Shown here: piece by piece, positions 60,363 through 64,000 of the stretch
Numbering within the stretch: position 1 is the first letter of the stretch
How the letters are laid out: each line of letters opens with the position of its first letter
Assembly (NCBI GenBank): GCA_965218095.1
Contig: OZ244587.1
Span: 4,896,001-4,960,000 of the forward strand
Length of the DNA: 64,000 bases
Direction: 5' to 3'
DNA from: Candidatus Poribacteria bacterium
Lineage (GTDB): Bacteria; Poribacteria; WGA-4E; PCPOR2b
Notes under the pieces: generated by a model
The model's input: only the letters and a program-made list of their open reading frames with translations
What the model was told of the DNA's origin: nothing
The model's database searches: none
Made by a program: the position numbers and the translations under genes

Positions 60363-61829
60363 TTGGATCCATTGACAAATGTTGCAAGCATTCCATATTT
60401 TATACCAGAGATTGCTTTAGTAGTCTTTGCTGTGGCCGTCATCTTGTATGATCTGGCCGCCAAAAGAAGAAACACTGATGGGGTTGCCTATCTGTCGCTT
60501 GCTGGACTCGCAGTAACGGTTGTTGCAGCGATCTTGGTTGGATCTGAAGATCGCTCACTTTTCCTCGGCATGATTCGACTCGATAGTTTCGCCATGTTCT
60601 TCAAGATCATTGTCTCCATCGCCACAGCCGCGACAATTCTGTTTTCGATTCGCTCTGATGAACTCGATCCGGAGACAAAGGGTGAATACTACGCGCTTTT
60701 GCTTGCAGTAACATTAGGCATGTTCTTGATGGCATCATCAACCCATCTGTTGATGATCTACCTTTCGCTTGAAATGGTCAGCTTAACCTCCTACATTCTC
60801 GCCGGGTTCTTGACGCATAGTCCGCGTTCCAGTGAAGCCGCATTCAAGTATATTACTTTTGGCGCAGTCTCTTCGGGAACGATGCTATTCGGTATATCCC
60901 TTCTGTTTGGCATGACCGGTACCGGGGATGTCGTACAGGTTAGCAGCCGCCTGACGGAGATGTTCAATCAAGGCGACGTTTATCCATTGGCTGTGCTGCT
61001 GTCGATCGCCTTTATCCTCGCCGGTGTCGGTTACAAAATCGCCTCCGTGCCCTTCCACATGTGGTCTCCCGATGTCTACGAAGGGGCGCCGATTCCAATC
61101 ACAGCGTTCCTATCTGTCGCCTCCAAATCTGCCGGCTTTGCCCTGTTCATTCGCCTCTTCTACTCAGGTTTCAGAGCGGCGGATGCCTTCGTTGATTGGT
61201 CACTCATGCTGGCAATGGTTTCTGCGTTAACGATGACTGTTGGTAATCTTGCCGCACTCCCCCAGCAAAATGTCAAGCGACTCCTTGCCTACTCAAGTAT
61301 TGCACACGGCGGCTACTTGCTAATGGGAGGGGTTTTGCTGACGAGTGAGGGAATCCAAGCGATTCTCATCTACCTAGTGATTTACCTGTTTATGAATCTA
61401 GGGGCATTCTTCGTCGTTATCCTCATTGCAAACGAAGTCGGCAGTGAAACAATTGACGGATACCGCGGACTTGTTTCCCGTGCACCGCTCGTCGCGGTCT
61501 CGATGGCAATCTTCCTCTTCTCACTGACGGGCATCCCGCCCCTTGCCGGCTTTGCGGGGAAATGGGTCCTTTTTGCGGCAGTCATTAAAGAGCAGCTCTA
61601 CTGGTTAGCGATTATCGGTCTGCTCAACACTGTCGTATCGCTCTACTACTATGTACGGATCGTCAAGGCCATGTTCCTTGAAACCTCCGACGGAACCGAA
61701 TCCCTCTCCTTCTCATTCGGCAACCGTGCCTTGCTCCTTATTTTTGTCATCCCGACGCTTCTGCTCGGTATTTATTGGAACCCTTTATACGAATTGTCCA
61801 GAGTGTCACTCGGAAAACTTATGGGCTAA
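60363..61829 (+). CDS. nuoN: NADH-quinone oxidoreductase subunit N
   Basis: PFHMWSPDVYEGAP, KRLLAYSSIAH, YYYVR. Confidence 0.97.
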   Translation: MDPLTNVASIPYFIPEIALVVFAVAVILYDLAAKRRNTDGVAYLSLAGLAVTVVAAILVGSEDRSLFLGMIRLDSFAMFFKIIVSIATAATILFSIRSDELDPETKGEYYALLLAVTLGMFLMASSTHLLMIYLSLEMVSLTSYILAGFLTHSPRSSEAAFKYITFGAVSSGTMLFGISLLFGMTGTGDVVQVSSRLTEMFNQGDVYPLAVLLSIAFILAGVGYKIASVPFHMWSPDVYEGAPIPITAFLSVASKSAGFALFIRLFYSGFRAADAFVDWSLMLAMVSALTMTVGNLAALPQQNVKRLLAYSSIAHGGYLLMGGVLLTSEGIQAILIYLVIYLFMNLGAFFVVILIANEVGSETIDGYRGLVSRAPLVAVSMAIFLFSLTGIPPLAGFAGKWVLFAAVIKEQLYWLAIIGLLNTVVSLYYYVRIVKAMFLETSDGTESLSFSFGNRALLLIFVIPTLLLGIYWNPLYELSRVSLGKLMG

Positions 61830-61904
61830 AAGCGTTTGATTTTCTGTTTCCTCACCAAGGTATCATCAGGACAGTTTTTTCTCCTTTCCTACCCAATAAA
61901 AAAT

Positions 61905-61936
61905 AAAAAAGGGCAACCTGCTATGGTTGCCCTTTC
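61905..61936. terminator. Bidirectional intrinsic terminator between convergent nuoN and the repeat-protein gene
   Basis: AAAAAAGGGCAACC-TGCTAT-GGTTGCCCTTT. Confidence 0.75.
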
Positions 61937-61970
61937 CTATTTCTAATGGGTTAGCTCGGACGGCATGTGA

Positions 61971-62525
61971 CTACCCTAAAAAAAACTGTTTTACGATTAT
62001 CGCCAAAACGCCGAGCATAATAGAGGCAAACATCCCGAAAAGCCACTTGAAATTCGCCTCAAACCGGTCCATCCTTTTCTCAAGGTTGGTAAACCGCAAA
62101 TCAACACTTTTCTGAAAATCACTCATACGTTTATCAGCATTGGCAAATCGCAAATCAATACTATTCTGAAGGTTGCTGAAACGAATATCCCAGCCTTGTT
62201 CCAGATCACTCAGATGGGCCTCCCATCTTTTTTCCAAATCAGTAAAGCGGTGATTGATAGTTTGTTCTAAACCCTCAAACCGCTGATCCAGATTCTGTCT
62301 CAAATCCTCGAATCGCTGGTCAATCCCTTCAAATCGCTGATCCAGATTCTGTCTCAAATCCTCGAACCGCTGGTCAACCCCTTCAAATCGCTCGTTTACA
62401 TTCTCTTTAAATGCAGCGATTTGTCCTTCTATGGCTCGAAACTCGCTGGTCACATAGCGATCAAAGTAGACTGGAATCGGGATACCCTCGATCGATTCCC
62501 TTTCTTCTCTCGGTTCTTTTGACAT
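61971..62525 (-). CDS. Coiled-coil DQRFE-repeat protein with C-terminal membrane anchor
   Basis: 7/11-residue repeats (DQRFEGI, DQRFEDLRQNL), 54-bp DNA tandem repeat around 62272-62393, hydrophobic C-terminus, RBS AGGAG. Confidence 0.8.
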   Translation of the reverse strand: MSKEPREERESIEGIPIPVYFDRYVTSEFRAIEGQIAAFKENVNERFEGVDQRFEDLRQNLDQRFEGIDQRFEDLRQNLDQRFEGLEQTINHRFTDLEKRWEAHLSDLEQGWDIRFSNLQNSIDLRFANADKRMSDFQKSVDLRFTNLEKRMDRFEANFKWLFGMFASIMLGVLAIIVKQFFLG

Positions 62526-62731
62526 CGGATAATCTCCTGAAAAGTAAGATGAACACCTTTAATCATAGCACCTCATGTGCCTGAAATCAAGGCAAAATGA
62601 GGTCAGATGCAACCAAATCTCATCGTAGAAAAAATCATAAAATATGACAATGAAAAATCTATTGATGTAGAAGCATATTTTCTGGTAAACTGTTGATATA
62701 GCAATTATTCAGCAATTTCAAAGGGGAATGC

Positions 62732-63688
62732 ATGAAAATAAAACTCGGTTTTATTGGAACGGGTGGTATGGCAGGAGCGCACATGCAAAACCTGCAAACC
62801 TTCGATGATATAGCGTTCACCGCAATGTGTGATGTCTCTGAGGAACGAGCAAAGCAGCGGGCAGAGGAGTACGATGGTAATGTCTACACGGACTTCCGGG
62901 AGATGTACGACACAGAAAAACTTGACGCGGTTTATATCTGCACGCCTCCATTCGCACACGGTGAGCAGGAGCGAATCGCTTGCGAGAAAGGTGTCCCGAT
63001 GTTCATTGAGAAGCCCATTGCGGTCGAGCTAGAGCAGGCGATTATCATCAATGAAGATGTCCGACGAAGTGGCGTCATCACCAGCATCGGGTATCAGTGG
63101 CGCTACGGCGGTAATGCCCAACATGCGAAGTTGCTTCTGGGAAAGGAACCACAGGTCCTCGGTGCGTTAGGATACTGGATGGGTGGGCTGCCCGGCGTGC
63201 CCTGGTGGCGGGCCCGCGCAGAGTCTGGCGGACAACATGTCGAACAGACGACGCATATCTTCGATTTGGCGCGTTACCTGCTCGGCGACGCCAAAGCGGT
63301 GCATGGCGTTGCAACCCGTGGAAGTATGGCGGGTGTTCCAGACTACGATATCGATGACCTCAGTATGGTCAACATTGAATTCAACAACGGCACGATTGCC
63401 AATATCGTCTCATGCTGCGCGATGGAGGGTTGGGGTCGGGTGCAGCTTGAGGTTTTCTGTCGCGGTTTAGTGGTGACGGTTGGTGGCCCCAACACCATTA
63501 ATAAAAAAGGTGAGGAGGAACCACTCCCTCAGACCGGCGGGCAAGATTGCGATCGGGTATTCATCAATGCCGTGAAGACGGGTGATTCGTCGAAGATTCT
63601 TTCACCCTATAGCGATGCGTTGAAGACGTTCCGAATTATGATGGCAGCGAGCACATCTTTTGAGACGGGCAAAGCTGTTGATCTGTGA
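62732..63688 (+). CDS. Gfo/Idh/MocA family oxidoreductase
   Basis: GFIGTGGM, EKP, GYQWRY, EQTTHIFD. Confidence 0.93.
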   Translation: MKIKLGFIGTGGMAGAHMQNLQTFDDIAFTAMCDVSEERAKQRAEEYDGNVYTDFREMYDTEKLDAVYICTPPFAHGEQERIACEKGVPMFIEKPIAVELEQAIIINEDVRRSGVITSIGYQWRYGGNAQHAKLLLGKEPQVLGALGYWMGGLPGVPWWRARAESGGQHVEQTTHIFDLARYLLGDAKAVHGVATRGSMAGVPDYDIDDLSMVNIEFNNGTIANIVSCCAMEGWGRVQLEVFCRGLVVTVGGPNTINKKGEEEPLPQTGGQDCDRVFINAVKTGDSSKILSPYSDALKTFRIMMAASTSFETGKAVDL

Positions 63689-63768
63689 TGCGTAAAACGT
63701 AACGTGAGAGCAGGTTCAATCGTGTTCATGTTTCACGTTCAACCAATAACGGAAATTGAGGGGTGACA

Positions 63769-64000
63769 ATGACTAAATTCGTTGCGATTCTAACGTCTAT
63801 CGTTATCTGTTTCAGTAGCGCCGCATTTGCTCAGAACAGCGGTTTCGGTTTAGGTGTCATTTTTGGTGAGCAGACCGGGCTCAGTTTCAAGAACTGGACC
63901 GGAGGTACGTCTGCGATAGCCGGTGGAATTGCTTGGAAATTCGGCGCCAGGGATACCTTACATCTACACGCCGATTATCTGATTCACAACTTCAACTTTC
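63769..64000 (+). CDS. Probable outer-membrane beta-barrel protein (3'-truncated)
   Basis: Signal peptide ending AFA, then GFGLGVIFGEQTGLSFK...LHLHADY amphipathic strands. Confidence 0.7.
   Translation, partial: MTKFVAILTSIVICFSSAAFAQNSGFGLGVIFGEQTGLSFKNWTGGTSAIAGGIAWKFGARDTLHLHADYLIHNFNF

Noticed and set aside
1-64000. Complete reassignment of TAG to a sense codon.
   Set aside because: TAG ends trpB, nuoD (conserved GEVDR) and nuoL at expected termini, and the internal TAGs align with different residues (Q, W, Y).

Overview
Bacterial chromosomal window with no rRNA, tRNA or CRISPR array visible. The gene mix (PhyH dioxygenases, sulfatase, ThuA, Gfo/Idh/MocA, HEAT/TPR proteins) resembles Ca. 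Poribacteria, which is only an inference. In order it contains: a type I R-M locus (hsdM, hsdS, hsdR) split by about 5.2 kb of defence-like cargo; trpB-HEAT-trpA; gltX; catabolic genes; a probable SnoaL/thioredoxin-like selenoprotein with UGA and a SECIS-like hairpin; an IS982-like element; pcm; pepF; rhaB; a decaying cluster of beta/gamma-crystallin, flotillin and Zn/CBM genes that carries a group II intron remnant and an IS630; and a nuoABC-D-HIJK-LMN operon with a Rex-like operator, no nuoEFG, and TA/HNH/DUF262/DarT-NADAR cargo. Main signals: (1) defence cassettes inserted at the 3' ends of core genes, leaving duplicated gene tails and with no integrase; (2) 10 of 11 in-frame nonsense codons in broken genes are TAG; (3) two UGA plus hairpin selenocysteine candidates; (4) an extra domain inside NuoI.
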